NCBI GenBank assembly: GCA_964474435.1
Contig: CAYYSI010000002.1
Location: 26,193 to 90,192, forward strand
DNA length: 64,000 bases
DNA from: an uncultured Candidatus Saccharibacteria bacterium
GTDB lineage: Bacteria > Patescibacteriota > Minisyncoccia > Phycocordibacterales > UBA9973
Reading direction: 5' to 3'
Both the position numbers and the translations under genes were made by a program. The notes beneath the pieces were generated by a model, which worked only from the letters and a program-made list of their open reading frames with translations, was not told the origin of the DNA and made no database searches. Numbering within the stretch: the first letter of the stretch is position 1; each line of letters starts with the position of its first letter. This document shows, piece after piece, positions 1 to 9,319 of this stretch.

Positions 1-429
1 GTCATGTTTGGTAACCCTGAAACAACTCCAGGTGGTAAGGCGCTCAAATTCTACACCTCAGTGCGTCTCGATATCCGACGTATTGCCCAGATCAAAAAGG
101 GTGAAGAAGTTGTCGGTTCTCGCACTCGCGTAAAGGTTGTGAAAAACAAAGTCGCTTCCCCGTTCAAGCAAACCGAGTTCGATATTATTTATGGTGAAGG
201 CATTTCACTCGAAGGCGAACTCCTCGCACTTGGTGAAAAGCTTAATGTGATCACAAAAAGTGGCACGTCATACACCTACTCCCCAGAAGGCAAAGAAGAA
301 GTGAAACTCGGACGTGGCTATGATGCTTCACGAGTATTCATGAGAGAGAATCCAAAAGTCCGTGATGCGATCACCAAAGATGTCCGGAAGAGAATGAAAG
401 ATGTAGTAGCAGATAGTTCGGGAGAATAG
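1..429 (+). CDS. recA: RecA recombinase, C-terminal ~140 aa (gene begins upstream of the window)
   Basis: Translation [11 protein letters not shown]...[26 protein letters not shown] matches the conserved RecA C-terminal core; the frame is open to position 1. Confidence 0.85.
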   Translation, partial: VMFGNPETTPGGKALKFYTSVRLDIRRIAQIKKGEEVVGSRTRVKVVKNKVASPFKQTEFDIIYGEGISLEGELLALGEKLNVITKSGTSYTYSPEGKEEVKLGRGYDASRVFMRENPKVRDAITKDVRKRMKDVVADSSGE

Positions 430-476
430 AAAAAATAAAAATCCTGATCTTTGGTCAGGATTTTTTGTACCATACT

Positions 477-776
477 TTATACGAGATGGTAAAAATGATT
501 TAAACTTACAATATCTTTTGAAAAATTAACAGATTCTCCTATCTCCACATGAACAAGTGCTTGTTTAATAACACGAACTAATTCCCCGTTCTGTTTCTTA
601 ACCTCAATCCATTTCATTCCCTCAACACAGAGCATCTTTAATTCTTTTGAGGAAAGTTCTTTTTTGGTAAGTTCCCTAACATACACCTCTTGAGATGAAT
701 TGTTTTTTTCTATGACACACACAATACATACGAGCATGACCACGAAAAGATAACTTAGTATTAAACCTTTTTTCAT
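477..776 (-). CDS. small hypothetical membrane protein
   Basis: 99-aa ORF with an N-terminal hydrophobic segment; no recognisable family. Confidence 0.3.
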   Translation of the reverse strand: MKKGLILSYLFVVMLVCIVCVIEKNNSSQEVYVRELTKKELSSKELKMLCVEGMKWIEVKKQNGELVRVIKQALVHVEIGESVNFSKDIVSLNHFYHLV

Positions 777-878
777 ATATAAAATTTTAATGATTCTTCT
801 GCTTTATACATTAATACCAAAAATGAGTCAATATATATCAGTAGACTTTCCTCCCCTTTTCGGCTACAATCTCGGTCT

Positions 879-1463
879 ATGAGTATGCTTGAATATAACG
901 AAATTAAGGAGAAAAAGATCATTGTCTGGGACGGCGCACCACACGAAGTTGTATCTTCTCACGTCTTCCGCAAACAACAGCGCAAGCCAGTGAACGCGAC
1001 CAAGCTCAAGAACCTCATCACCGGACGTGTCGCCGAGATCTCATTTGGCGGATCAGAAAAAGCCGAAGAAGCCGACATCTCGACCAAGACCGTCACCTAC
1101 CTCTACAAAGCCAAGGGTGAAGTCTGGTTCACTGACCCATCTGATAAGGCAAAGCGTTTCTCTCTCAAAGAAGATATCGTTGGCGACAAGATGAAATATG
1201 TGAAGGAAAACAACCCTGTCGACCTCACGATTTATACTGACGACGAAGACGAAGAGCTCGTGATCGGTGTGAAAATCCCCGTCAAAGTCGACCTCGAAGT
1301 CATCGATGCTCCCCCATCTATCAAAGGCTCAACCGTCACTGGTGGCAACAAAGTTGCGATTGTGGAAGGAGGTGCCGCAGTCAACGTGCCGCTGTTTATC
1401 GAAATCGGCGAAAAGATTCGTATTAATACGGATACGGGAGAATACGTCGAGCGGGCAAATTAA
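879..1463 (+). CDS. efp: translation elongation factor P
   Basis: 194 aa; C-terminal KVDLEVIDAPPSIKG...GEKIRINTDTGEYVERA is the canonical EF-P signature. Confidence 0.9.
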   Translation: MSMLEYNEIKEKKIIVWDGAPHEVVSSHVFRKQQRKPVNATKLKNLITGRVAEISFGGSEKAEEADISTKTVTYLYKAKGEVWFTDPSDKAKRFSLKEDIVGDKMKYVKENNPVDLTIYTDDEDEELVIGVKIPVKVDLEVIDAPPSIKGSTVTGGNKVAIVEGGAAVNVPLFIEIGEKIRINTDTGEYVERAN

Positions 1464-1495
1464 AAAAACTGGAGACATTAGTCTCCAGTTTTTAT
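1462..1495. terminator. bidirectional rho-independent terminator between the convergent efp and DUF1543 genes
   Basis: Perfect hairpin CTGGAGAC-atta-GTCTCCAG flanked by an A-run and a T-run. Confidence 0.7.
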
Positions 1496-1507
1496 TTTGT
1501 AGAGCTA

Positions 1508-2083
1508 CTAACTCAACTTGTCATACTTTTGATACCCAGTGAAGATTTGATCTTCAGTTATATCTTCCTCAAAAAGAATATCTTCGATGAGAAGTGAGAA
1601 GTTATCCTTTATATACTGTGGAAGAATATCCTCAACAATATATACATCATCGACATCGACACCATATTTATCATCGATATGTGGCCTGTTCGTTTTTGTT
1701 GTTGGAGGATGATGGAGAAAAAAGGCACTATTTGTTGCTTCTTTGTTAGCTGCAACGATATCATCTGCAACGATAAGCATCTTGTAATGAAACTCATCGA
1801 ACACATCTGGTTTGTACCCGCCAAGGTTAAGGAAAAATAATTTCTTTGTTTGTTCGGGCGGAACCTGATTTTTTGGAACAACAGTGACCTTATACCCAGC
1901 TACTTTTTTTACTTCCCTATATGCGTCAATATGAATTTTCTCCGCTTCTGGCCAAAATGCTTTCGCATCTTTTTCTGTGCCTGGAAAATCTTCTGCAATG
2001 GTAAATGTTACATCGTGCTGTTCAGTATTTCTTCCCTCAGGCTTACAGCCAAGCATGAGCATGAATAATTTTGGATTGTTCAT
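1508..2083 (-). CDS. DUF1543-like hypothetical protein
   Basis: 191 aa; N-terminal FMLMLGCKPEGRNTEQHDVTF and LGGYKPDVFDEFHYKMLIV resemble the DUF1543 family, recalled from memory. Confidence 0.45.
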   Translation of the reverse strand: MNNPKLFMLMLGCKPEGRNTEQHDVTFTIAEDFPGTEKDAKAFWPEAEKIHIDAYREVKKVAGYKVTVVPKNQVPPEQTKKLFFLNLGGYKPDVFDEFHYKMLIVADDIVAANKEATNSAFFLHHPPTTKTNRPHIDDKYGVDVDDVYIVEDILPQYIKDNFSLLIEDILFEEDITEDQIFTGYQKYDKLS

Positions 2084-2124
2084 ATATGTTAATTTTTCAT
2101 GATACTATCACGTTCCTCCAGAAA

Positions 2125-2168
2125 CACAAAAACCCCATGAGATAGTCCTTGCGGAGCATCTCACGGGG
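2125..2168 (-). terminator. rho-independent terminator downstream of rpsR
   Basis: 11-bp stem CCCCGTGAGAT/ATCTCATGGGG on the minus strand followed by TTTTTGTG. Confidence 0.55.
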
Positions 2169-2183
2169 TAATTGTTTGCTTCA

Positions 2184-2384
2184 TTAGTTGGCTACGAACG
2201 GCAAGAGTCCCATGAATCGTGAACGCTTCACTGCTTCTGCGAGCTGGCGCTGATTCTTGGCTGCGAGTCCTGTGCGCTTGCGCCCGAGGATGCGGCCGTT
2301 GGGGTTCAAGAACTTCTTGAGACTGTCGATGTCTTTGTAGTCAATGAAACGAATGTTGTTTGCGTTAAAGTAATCGTTTTTCAT
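2184..2384 (-). CDS. rpsR: 30S ribosomal protein S18
   Basis: 66 aa; [44 protein letters not shown] is the S18 signature; last gene of an rpsF-ssb-rpsR operon. Confidence 0.9.
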   Translation of the reverse strand: MKNDYFNANNIRFIDYKDIDSLKKFLNPNGRILGRKRTGLAAKNQRQLAEAVKRSRFMGLLPFVAN

Positions 2385-2402
2385 AATAAGTTAAAATGCT
2401 TT

Positions 2403-2882
2403 TTAAAACGGTATATCTTCGAGATTTATTTCTTCATCAGGATATTCGATCGTGTCGAGGTCTGCTGGTGCATCCTTTTGCGGTGCTTCTTGGTCACTAA
2501 TGCCAGATGCGCCATTGCTTGGATTGAAGTTGCCGTTGCCACCAGTCATACCGCCTGCCTTTGGACCAAACTGAAATGTTTCGAGGATGACTTCGGTGCG
2601 GTACTTCTTTTGACCATCAGCAGCGTCCCAGCTTCGTGTCTGGATACGTCCTTCAACGTAGAGGGATGAGCCCTTTTTGCAGTACTGCGCGATGACTTCG
2701 GCTTGGCGGGCAAATGCCACAACGTTGTGGTATTCGACTGCTTCCTTCTTGCCGCCTTGTGCATCCTTCCAGGTACGATTGGTTGCCATCGAAATGCTTG
2801 CAACCTTGGTACCTGTTGGGAGTGACTTGAGCTCGGGATCGCGGGTAAGGTTACCCATGATGATTACTTTGTTGAGATACAT
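2403..2882 (-). CDS. ssb: single-stranded DNA-binding protein
   Basis: OB-fold N-terminus (MGNLTRDPEL...), Gly-rich linker and an acidic C-terminal tip ...DIPF. Confidence 0.9.
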   Translation of the reverse strand: MYLNKVIIMGNLTRDPELKSLPTGTKVASISMATNRTWKDAQGGKKEAVEYHNVVAFARQAEVIAQYCKKGSSLYVEGRIQTRSWDAADGQKKYRTEVILETFQFGPKAGGMTGGNGNFNPSNGASGISDQEAPQKDAPADLDTIEYPDEEINLEDIPF

Positions 2883-2922
2883 ATGTTTTGTGAATAATTG
2901 GTCTCGTAATGGTACCAGTATA

Positions 2923-3453
2923 CTACGCTTCTGCTTCCTCGGTATCAGCTGAAACCACAGGTTCTGCGGCAGTGTCTACTTCGAGTGCAGGAAGCTTTTC
3001 GTGCTCTTCCTTGGTTTCTTCAATCGGTTCTTCGACTGCGGATTCAAGTTCGGCAAGCTCTTCGTCACTCATGAACACGTCGCGTTTTGCGTCTACCTTT
3101 GGCTTTTTAAAGATAACGGTGTTTTCTGCATTAGTCTTGACCAGGATGTACCGGATGAGTGCGAGATTGCCATCGAGTGCCTTTTTCAAAACTTCGAGAG
3201 CGGCCGGGTCTGCCTCAAACTTGATCCATCCAAAGTATCCTTGTGCATATTTTGACTTCTTGCTTCCTACGGTCTTTTCCATAGTGTATGCAAGGTCAAT
3301 GAATTCTGGAGCACCTTCGGTTGTGATAGTACCTTCTACTTTGCTGATTGCAGCCTTGAGTGTCTCTACTTCTGCCGGTACTTCCACTTCTGGAGTTGTT
3401 GGCACAACGAGATACCCAAGCTCATACAATCGTGTATTTGCTTCTTCTGTCAT
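2923..3453 (-). CDS. rpsF: 30S ribosomal protein S6 with a long acidic C-terminal tail
   Basis: YELGYLVVP...YAQGYFGWIKFEADPAALEVLKKALDGNLALIRYILVK matches S6. The ATG at 3453 is preferred over the ORF-caller start at 3495. Lies in the conserved rpsF-ssb-rpsR order. Confidence 0.8.
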   Translation of the reverse strand: MTEEANTRLYELGYLVVPTTPEVEVPAEVETLKAAISKVEGTITTEGAPEFIDLAYTMEKTVGSKKSKYAQGYFGWIKFEADPAALEVLKKALDGNLALIRYILVKTNAENTVIFKKPKVDAKRDVFMSDEELAELESAVEEPIEETKEEHEKLPALEVDTAAEPVVSADTEEAEA

Positions 3454-3628
3454 ACGTATTTTGTTTTTATAATAAATAAGGCCTATTTCGGACATATCCT
3501 ACAGCAAGAGGGTCTCTAGACTCCTCGGCCTGGGGCCACTGCAGGAAATAGGGCTACGGGCACATACTACCCTAAAAGGCGGGGTTTGTAAAATAAAAAA
3601 AGACCCCCGATTGAGAGGGCCAAAACGT
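3454..3628 (-). promoter_or_regulatory. structured 5' UTR of the rpsF operon; possible S6:S18-binding autoregulatory leader
   Basis: A 175-nt non-coding gap containing several hairpins in the minus-strand RNA, for example GAGGAGUCU-ag-AGACCCUC with a bulged A. rpsF leaders that bind S6:S18 are known in many bacteria. Confidence 0.25.
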
Positions 3629-4216
3629 TCAAAATGATTCTTTAGTAGAAAACTCCTGGACAATCTCCCATGTTTGATCGGTATTCTTTTTGTACAAAAA
3701 TACCCTCTTAACAATGAGACGATGATCAAATTTTGGATAATGAAGCTTAATATAGGAAACAGCTTTTTGATAAACAGCAGTGTCATCACATTCCTTAATA
3801 AGAGTTGCATGTAATGTTTCAAGAGTAGCATTTACATTTTTTGACAACACTATTTGCTGCCCTCTAAGTATCTCGTGTAGTATTTTAATTATTTTTTCAA
3901 CTACATCAGATGCTTCAAACTTCCATCCAAATGATTTTCCGTTATGATCTAATTCAATAAATTCATCCCAATATATCCTTCCTAATTTTCTTTGTTTCAG
4001 CGATCGAGCAATGAAATCCATTCTTGGCTCAAAAACCGTATCTTCAACCTCAAATGGAGGTATGAGTGTGACATGCAAATCTTTTTTTGGAATTAATACT
4101 GGGAGATCAAAGAAATTTTGCAAATTTGTTTGTATTTCTTTGTAAAGATTTTCTACAAACATTCCCTCGTGTGCAATACCTTCAAGAGATACTGCAAAGT
4201 AGTATTTATTTTTCAT
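3629..4216 (-). CDS. 2H phosphoesterase family protein (LigT-like 2'-5' RNA ligase / cyclic phosphodiesterase)
   Basis: Two H-x-T-x motifs (LHVTLIPPF and LHATLIKE) spaced as in the 2H superfamily. Confidence 0.6.
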   Translation of the reverse strand: MKNKYYFAVSLEGIAHEGMFVENLYKEIQTNLQNFFDLPVLIPKKDLHVTLIPPFEVEDTVFEPRMDFIARSLKQRKLGRIYWDEFIELDHNGKSFGWKFEASDVVEKIIKILHEILRGQQIVLSKNVNATLETLHATLIKECDDTAVYQKAVSYIKLHYPKFDHRLIVKRVFLYKKNTDQTWEIVQEFSTKESF

Positions 4217-4255
4217 GTTACGTTTTTCGTAACTTTATAGAAAAGATGAGATTTG

Positions 4256-5038
4256 TCAAATATTGAATAAATGTTTCGCATTCTTGAGTAATTGTGCCTC
4301 AGTTTCCTCTACAGAAAGGGCTTTGATTTCGGCAATCTTTTTGACGACTTCGACGACGTACGCTGGTTCGTTGCGTTTGCCTCGATATGGGTTGGGGGCT
4401 GCAAATGGTGCATCGGTTTCGGGGAGAATGCGATCGATCGGCACACTTGCAACGACATCTGCATACTCTGGGAATATTGTGATCACACCACTAAATGAAA
4501 TATGGAATCCGAGGTTGAGGAACTGCTGCGCGATCTCCTTCGTCCCCGCAAAGAAATGTGCGGTACCGCGCATAGATGGCCATGTGATACGCGCGTCTTG
4601 GAGCATGAGGAGTGCTTCTTCGTATGCGTCCATGTTCCCTGTCTCGGGTCTGATATGGAGCATGAGTGGCAGGTCGAGCTCTCGTGCAATATCGATCTGT
4701 GCCTGAAAGAGTGCTTTTTGCGGATGTTTTGATTTGCGATCGTGCTCACGATAATAGTCGAGGCCGCACTCCCCAATCCCCACCACATACTGCTGTGCCG
4801 CAAGTGCCTTGAGCAGATCGTGTTTGTATTCCACTTCCCAATGCGTCGGATGAATACCAACGATCGCATAGATATCTTTGTGGATCTCTGCGATCTGCAC
4901 TGCCCGCAAACTGCTCGGATAATCGATCCCGATACAAATCGTCCCGATCCCCGCTTCAACCATTCGTCCAATCGCTTCATCGCGATCGGCATCAAATTGC
5001 GAGAGATTGAAATGTGAGTGCGTGTCTATGACCTTCAT
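4256..5038 (-). CDS. tatD: TatD-family metal-dependent hydrolase / DNase
   Basis: MKVIDTHSHFN..., GECGLDY and LPLMLHIR motifs typical of the TatD TIM-barrel; start taken at the internal Met. Confidence 0.8.
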   Translation of the reverse strand: MKVIDTHSHFNLSQFDADRDEAIGRMVEAGIGTICIGIDYPSSLRAVQIAEIHKDIYAIVGIHPTHWEVEYKHDLLKALAAQQYVVGIGECGLDYYREHDRKSKHPQKALFQAQIDIARELDLPLMLHIRPETGNMDAYEEALLMLQDARITWPSMRGTAHFFAGTKEIAQQFLNLGFHISFSGVITIFPEYADVVASVPIDRILPETDAPFAAPNPYRGKRNEPAYVVEVVKKIAEIKALSVEETEAQLLKNAKHLFNI

Positions 5039-5045
5039 CTCCCGA

Positions 5046-5483
5046 CTATACCATATCGACAATCACAACTTTAGGGGTTTTACCCAGAGCTCGCGCAATC
5101 ATGAGGCGAGTATTCCCGCTCACCAAATGTAGTGTTCCGCCCTTTCGTAGAATAATTGGCGCATCTATTTCCCCTTCTGATTCCATCTTTAATTTCAATG
5201 ACTCCCAGTCTCGATTTCCCTGACTTGCATGCATCGCAACTGTATCCCAATCATCATATTCAATATCAAATGAATCTGTATTATCTAATATCTTCCAATC
5301 CTGTTCTGTAAGGTCTACTAATTGAGCATCTTCGTATACCTTTGTAAAATTCTCTATAAAAATTTCGTGATCTGATGGCGAAAATAATTCAGCTACTCGT
5401 CGTATTTCACCAGCTTCAGTATCAAGCAATGGTTTAACAAAGTTGACTTCCTTTTTGTCTAAATTTTCGAAGATATTTTTCAT
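5046..5483 (-). CDS. hypothetical protein with a C-terminal ParB/sulfiredoxin-like domain
   Basis: C-terminal ...IDAPIILRKGGTLHLVSGNTRLMIARALGKTPKVVIV resembles the ParB N-terminal domain motif (GxxRxxAaxxxG ... ipv.v). Confidence 0.45.
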   Translation of the reverse strand: MKNIFENLDKKEVNFVKPLLDTEAGEIRRVAELFSPSDHEIFIENFTKVYEDAQLVDLTEQDWKILDNTDSFDIEYDDWDTVAMHASQGNRDWESLKLKMESEGEIDAPIILRKGGTLHLVSGNTRLMIARALGKTPKVVIVDMV

Positions 5484-5484
5484 A

Positions 5485-6942
5485 TTACAACCTTGCAAAG
5501 AGTGATACTTCAGGTTTCTTATTCTGTTTAATCAATTCCAAGATCCTTGCAGATGTTGTCGGCATAAATGGTGCAAGTGCGGTCGCGATGAAATAGAGAT
5601 CGTTCACAAGTTTATAAATCATCTCCTTCCCTTTTGCTTCGTCTTCTTTGATCACAGAAAATGGCTTTTCGTTGGCAATATATACATCAAGCTCACCGAT
5701 ACCATTCCAGATCTCATTCATCGCTTTTTGCAAATCAAAGGCATTCATTGCGTAGTCGTATGGGAATTCCTCTTTTGCTTCTGGTGGTACAAACGGATCA
5801 ATATGCTTTTCCGCAAGGGTAAGGATGCGCGACACCAGATTACCGAGACCGTTGGCAAGGTGTGGTTGATAGGCGTCTTTGATGCTCTCAATAGTCATAT
5901 CGGAGTCCTCAAATGAGTTCATGTGTCGCAAGAGATAATAACGAAGCACATCAGTTGCAAGGTCCCCTGCAGCTGGTGCAAAGAGGTTGATGATTTCCGC
6001 AGGACTCAAAACATTACCAAGCGATTTACTCATTTTCTGCCCGCCGCTATTTATGAAACCATTGATGATGATGTGATCAGTCGTTGGTAGCCCTGCTGCA
6101 AGGAGCATGCCTTGCCACATCATTGATTGCTGACGCACATTGTCCTTGCCACAATACTGAATCTTTTCTCCTTCGTGCCAAAACTTCTGATAATTGCCAT
6201 CAGTATCCTCAGGCCATCCAAGTGTCGAGATATAGTTGGTGAGTGCATCAAACCACACATACATGACATGGTCTTCATCTCCTGGTACTGGCACACCCCA
6301 TGACATCTTTGATTTGAGTCGTGAGATAGAAAAGTCTTCAAGCCCACGTGATAGAAAGGCTTTCATTTCATTGAACCGAAAGTCTGGAATGACGAGATCA
6401 GGTTTCTCTGTATAAAGCTTCTCAAGCAGTGGTGCAACCTTTGAGAATGCAAAGAAATAATTTTCTTCATTAATGAGTTCAAGGTCTCGGTCAGGGTGTA
6501 TTGGGCAGCGGCCTTGGTCGTTGAGTTCGCTATCAGTTTTCTCAAGTTCGCACCCAACACAATACTTCGCCTCATAATTCTTTTTATAAATATAGCCATT
6601 GTCTGCAACGATCTGCCAGAGCTTTTGCGCAGCGGCTTCATGATGTGCGTCGGTTGTACGGATGAAGTGCACGTCATCTGAAATAGTGAGGAGTGGTTTA
6701 AGATTGCGAAATGATACAGCATAGCGATCAACATAGGCCTGTGTTGGCTCATTATTTTTTTGAGCAGCGTCAAAGAGCTTTTGGCCGTGTTCATCAGTAC
6801 CGGTATTAAAAAAGACTTCTCTTCCCTGCAATTTCTGATAGCGCGCAACAGCATCAGCACGAATAATTTCCATGGCAAAGCCAACGTGGGGTTCCGCATT
6901 CACATACGGAAGAGTGGTCGTAATATAAAAAGGTTTGGACAT
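5485..6942 (-). CDS. metG: methionyl-tRNA synthetase, short form lacking the C-terminal tRNA-binding domain
   Basis: TTTLPYVNAEPHVGFA... (HIGH-type motif), FFNTGTDEHGQK and KMSKSLGN; 485 aa. Confidence 0.9.
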   Translation of the reverse strand: MSKPFYITTTLPYVNAEPHVGFAMEIIRADAVARYQKLQGREVFFNTGTDEHGQKLFDAAQKNNEPTQAYVDRYAVSFRNLKPLLTISDDVHFIRTTDAHHEAAAQKLWQIVADNGYIYKKNYEAKYCVGCELEKTDSELNDQGRCPIHPDRDLELINEENYFFAFSKVAPLLEKLYTEKPDLVIPDFRFNEMKAFLSRGLEDFSISRLKSKMSWGVPVPGDEDHVMYVWFDALTNYISTLGWPEDTDGNYQKFWHEGEKIQYCGKDNVRQQSMMWQGMLLAAGLPTTDHIIINGFINSGGQKMSKSLGNVLSPAEIINLFAPAAGDLATDVLRYYLLRHMNSFEDSDMTIESIKDAYQPHLANGLGNLVSRILTLAEKHIDPFVPPEAKEEFPYDYAMNAFDLQKAMNEIWNGIGELDVYIANEKPFSVIKEDEAKGKEMIYKLVNDLYFIATALAPFMPTTSARILELIKQNKKPEVSLFARL

Positions 6943-6944
6943 AG

Positions 6945-8018
6945 TTAATTGAGTGGATCTTGGATTGGGTTGGTAGTAACAGGGACGAGCTTTTGTTTCT
7001 CAACATCACTCATGTATTCAAGTATAAACACAGCAACCGGCATCGCAACCAATGCTCCCCAAAAGCCTGCAAGCGTGATACCCATCAAGAATGCCAAGAG
7101 AACGACAAGTGGCGGGATACCGACGACACGTCGCGCAACGATCGGACTGAGCACGTAATTTTCGATCTGCTGAATAATAATATAAAAGATAAGCACCTTT
7201 ACACCAAGGAATGCGCCGCCATCAATCACTGCCAAAAGTATTGCCGGCACCGCCGCAAAGATCACCCCAAACGGAATGAGCTCGGCAATACCTGTGATGA
7301 GTCCGATCAGGAATGCGTACTTCACCCCAAGCAATGCGAGGACAATAAACGTAATCGCGCCGATCGAAAGTCCGAGCAAGAGCTGTCCTTTGAACCAGAG
7401 ACCAATCTTGCGCTGGGTGCGACTCCAGAGATCGAGGACGTAGTGCTCATTTTTTGCAGGAGTGAGCAGTCGCAAAAATGCATCAATACCCTTCTCCTGG
7501 ATCGAGAGATAAAATGACATCACGACGACAAGGATGAAGTCGAGGAGTCCGCCAAACGTTGACCCGATGAATGACGTTGCGCCCTGCGATAGTAATGAGC
7601 CCGCACTTTTGATATTGGTGAGCAAGTCGCTCGTTGAAGTGTTGGTCGCGATTGTGTTCACAAACTGTGTTGCACCTTCGATGGACTGCTTGTTGATAGT
7701 TGACCCCGTTGGCAAGTATTGGAACAAGAGCGCAATCATATCAGAGAGCTCGCGGACAATGATCGGCACAAAGGCATAAAAGATCGCAAAGACGATGAGG
7801 ATCGTTGCTGCAAAGATAAGTGGCACGGAGAGCATGCGATTCATCTTGTATTTGGCCAGGGCGTGCACCCCTGCCTCAACAAATGACGCGATCACGATCG
7901 AGACGAGGATCAGGAGCAAAATATCGCGAAGCTGGATGAGAGCATAGACCCCGAGAATGAGTAAAATCGCCCGAATCATGGTCGACGTACTGATACGGAT
8001 TGTTCGGGCTTCGTGCAT
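6945..8018 (-). CDS. AI-2E family transporter (PerM/UPF0118)
   Basis: 357 aa, about 8 TM segments, typical AI-2E topology and central conserved region. Confidence 0.7.
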   Translation of the reverse strand: MHEARTIRISTSTMIRAILLILGVYALIQLRDILLLILVSIVIASFVEAGVHALAKYKMNRMLSVPLIFAATILIVFAIFYAFVPIIVRELSDMIALLFQYLPTGSTINKQSIEGATQFVNTIATNTSTSDLLTNIKSAGSLLSQGATSFIGSTFGGLLDFILVVVMSFYLSIQEKGIDAFLRLLTPAKNEHYVLDLWSRTQRKIGLWFKGQLLLGLSIGAITFIVLALLGVKYAFLIGLITGIAELIPFGVIFAAVPAILLAVIDGGAFLGVKVLIFYIIIQQIENYVLSPIVARRVVGIPPLVVLLAFLMGITLAGFWGALVAMPVAVFILEYMSDVEKQKLVPVTTNPIQDPLN

Positions 8019-8047
8019 ACCCCCATGGTACCACTGGCACCCGTGGG

Positions 8048-9319
8048 TTACAAGGATAGAAACGGGCTTGTATCGATATCTTTGGAGGTGTAAGGACCAA
8101 TGACGGCAATGTTGGTATTGGCAGCCTTAAAGACGTTGCGGGCAACACGGCGAATGTCTTGTACGGTCACGGCGCGATAGCCGCGCTCAACCTCAAGCGG
8201 TGACCGGAGCTCCTGCCCCATCATGACTTGGGCGGCATAAAATCCTGCGATGTCATCACTGGATTCCAGTCCAATGCGCTGCATGCCAAATGTGTATTCC
8301 TTTGCCTTGGAGAGTTCATCATCTCCAACAAGTATCTGCGAAATATCTGCAAGCAACGCTGCAATCACCTTCATGATCTCATTGATACGTCGTTTATCAA
8401 TCCCTGCCGATATTTCAAACAACCCGACGTCACTCTGTGCGTCATTGCCCGCGTTGACATAGTACGCAACACCGAGCTCTTCACGAAGCGTTTGTGACAG
8501 ACGTGAACTCATCCCTCGTCCGAGGATCGTGCCAAGGAGTGAGAGTGCGTATCGATCGCGGTGTCCAAACGGCACTGAATGAAATCCAATTGTAATATGT
8601 GCCTGATCAATATTCTTTTGTACAACTGCAAGCTTGATGCCTGTTTTTTCAACAACTGTCTTTTTCTTTTTAGTTGTCTTTGCTGCATCGAGATTTTTGA
8701 AAAGATTCTCCACTGATCGGATAGTACTCTTTGCATCAACTGCCCCTGACACAACGACAAGCGTGTTGCTTGCGTGATAGTGAGTGTGTTTGTATCCTAT
8801 GACATCATCTCGGGTAAATCCGGAGACATTTTCTTTGCTCCCCGCGATCGTCCATCCTGCCGGCTGATCTCCGTACATCAGTCGCATGAGCGTCTCTCCC
8901 ACTTTTTGCTGCGGGAGGTCTTCGTACATATTGATCTCTTCGATGATGACCCCTTTTTCTTTGTGAACTTCTGTTTCAGGAAAGGTGGAATTCAAATAAA
9001 TATCTGCAAGCACCTCAAGAAATGTTGGAATATTTTTTGGGCCACCTTTTGCAAAGTAGCCTGTGTACTCAGCAGATGTAAATGCATTTGAAAATGCACC
9101 AATACGCTCGAAGCTTTCCGTTATAGCTTTTGCAGATGGAAGTTTCTCCGTGCCCTTGAAACACAAATGTTCGAGGAAGTGCGAGAGACCATTTTCTGCC
9201 TTTGATTCATACTTTGATCCTGTACCTACCAGAATCATTGCCGTTGCAGTCAGTGCCGTCGGCTGTGCAATGACGAGCACGCGCAGGCCGTTGGGGAGTG
9301 TTTTAAGTACTGGTTTCAT
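8048..9319 (-). CDS. M16 family zinc peptidase (pitrilysin/insulinase-like)
   Basis: Inverted zinc-binding motif HFLEH (HxxEH) near the N-terminus; 423 aa. The start codon overlaps the glyQS stop (TAATG). Confidence 0.8.
   Translation of the reverse strand: MKPVLKTLPNGLRVLVIAQPTALTATAMILVGTGSKYESKAENGLSHFLEHLCFKGTEKLPSAKAITESFERIGAFSNAFTSAEYTGYFAKGGPKNIPTFLEVLADIYLNSTFPETEVHKEKGVIIEEINMYEDLPQQKVGETLMRLMYGDQPAGWTIAGSKENVSGFTRDDVIGYKHTHYHASNTLVVVSGAVDAKSTIRSVENLFKNLDAAKTTKKKKTVVEKTGIKLAVVQKNIDQAHITIGFHSVPFGHRDRYALSLLGTILGRGMSSRLSQTLREELGVAYYVNAGNDAQSDVGLFEISAGIDKRRINEIMKVIAALLADISQILVGDDELSKAKEYTFGMQRIGLESSDDIAGFYAAQVMMGQELRSPLEVERGYRAVTVQDIRRVARNVFKAANTNIAVIGPYTSKDIDTSPFLSL

Noticed and set aside
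2909-3472. 187-aa plus-strand Ser-rich ORF
   Set aside because: Low-complexity antisense frame of rpsF; the minus-strand frame is a clear S6 homologue within a conserved operon.
3496-3628. Possible SRP RNA, 6S RNA, tmRNA or RNase P RNA in the gap upstream of rpsF
   Set aside because: The gap is too short for tmRNA or RNase P, and no SRP domain-IV motifs or 6S-like central bubble could be found on either strand; treated as an mRNA leader instead.
6363-6899. 178-aa minus-strand ORF inside metG
   Set aside because: Alternative reading frame within the MetRS gene; the MetRS frame carries HIGH and KMSKS motifs.
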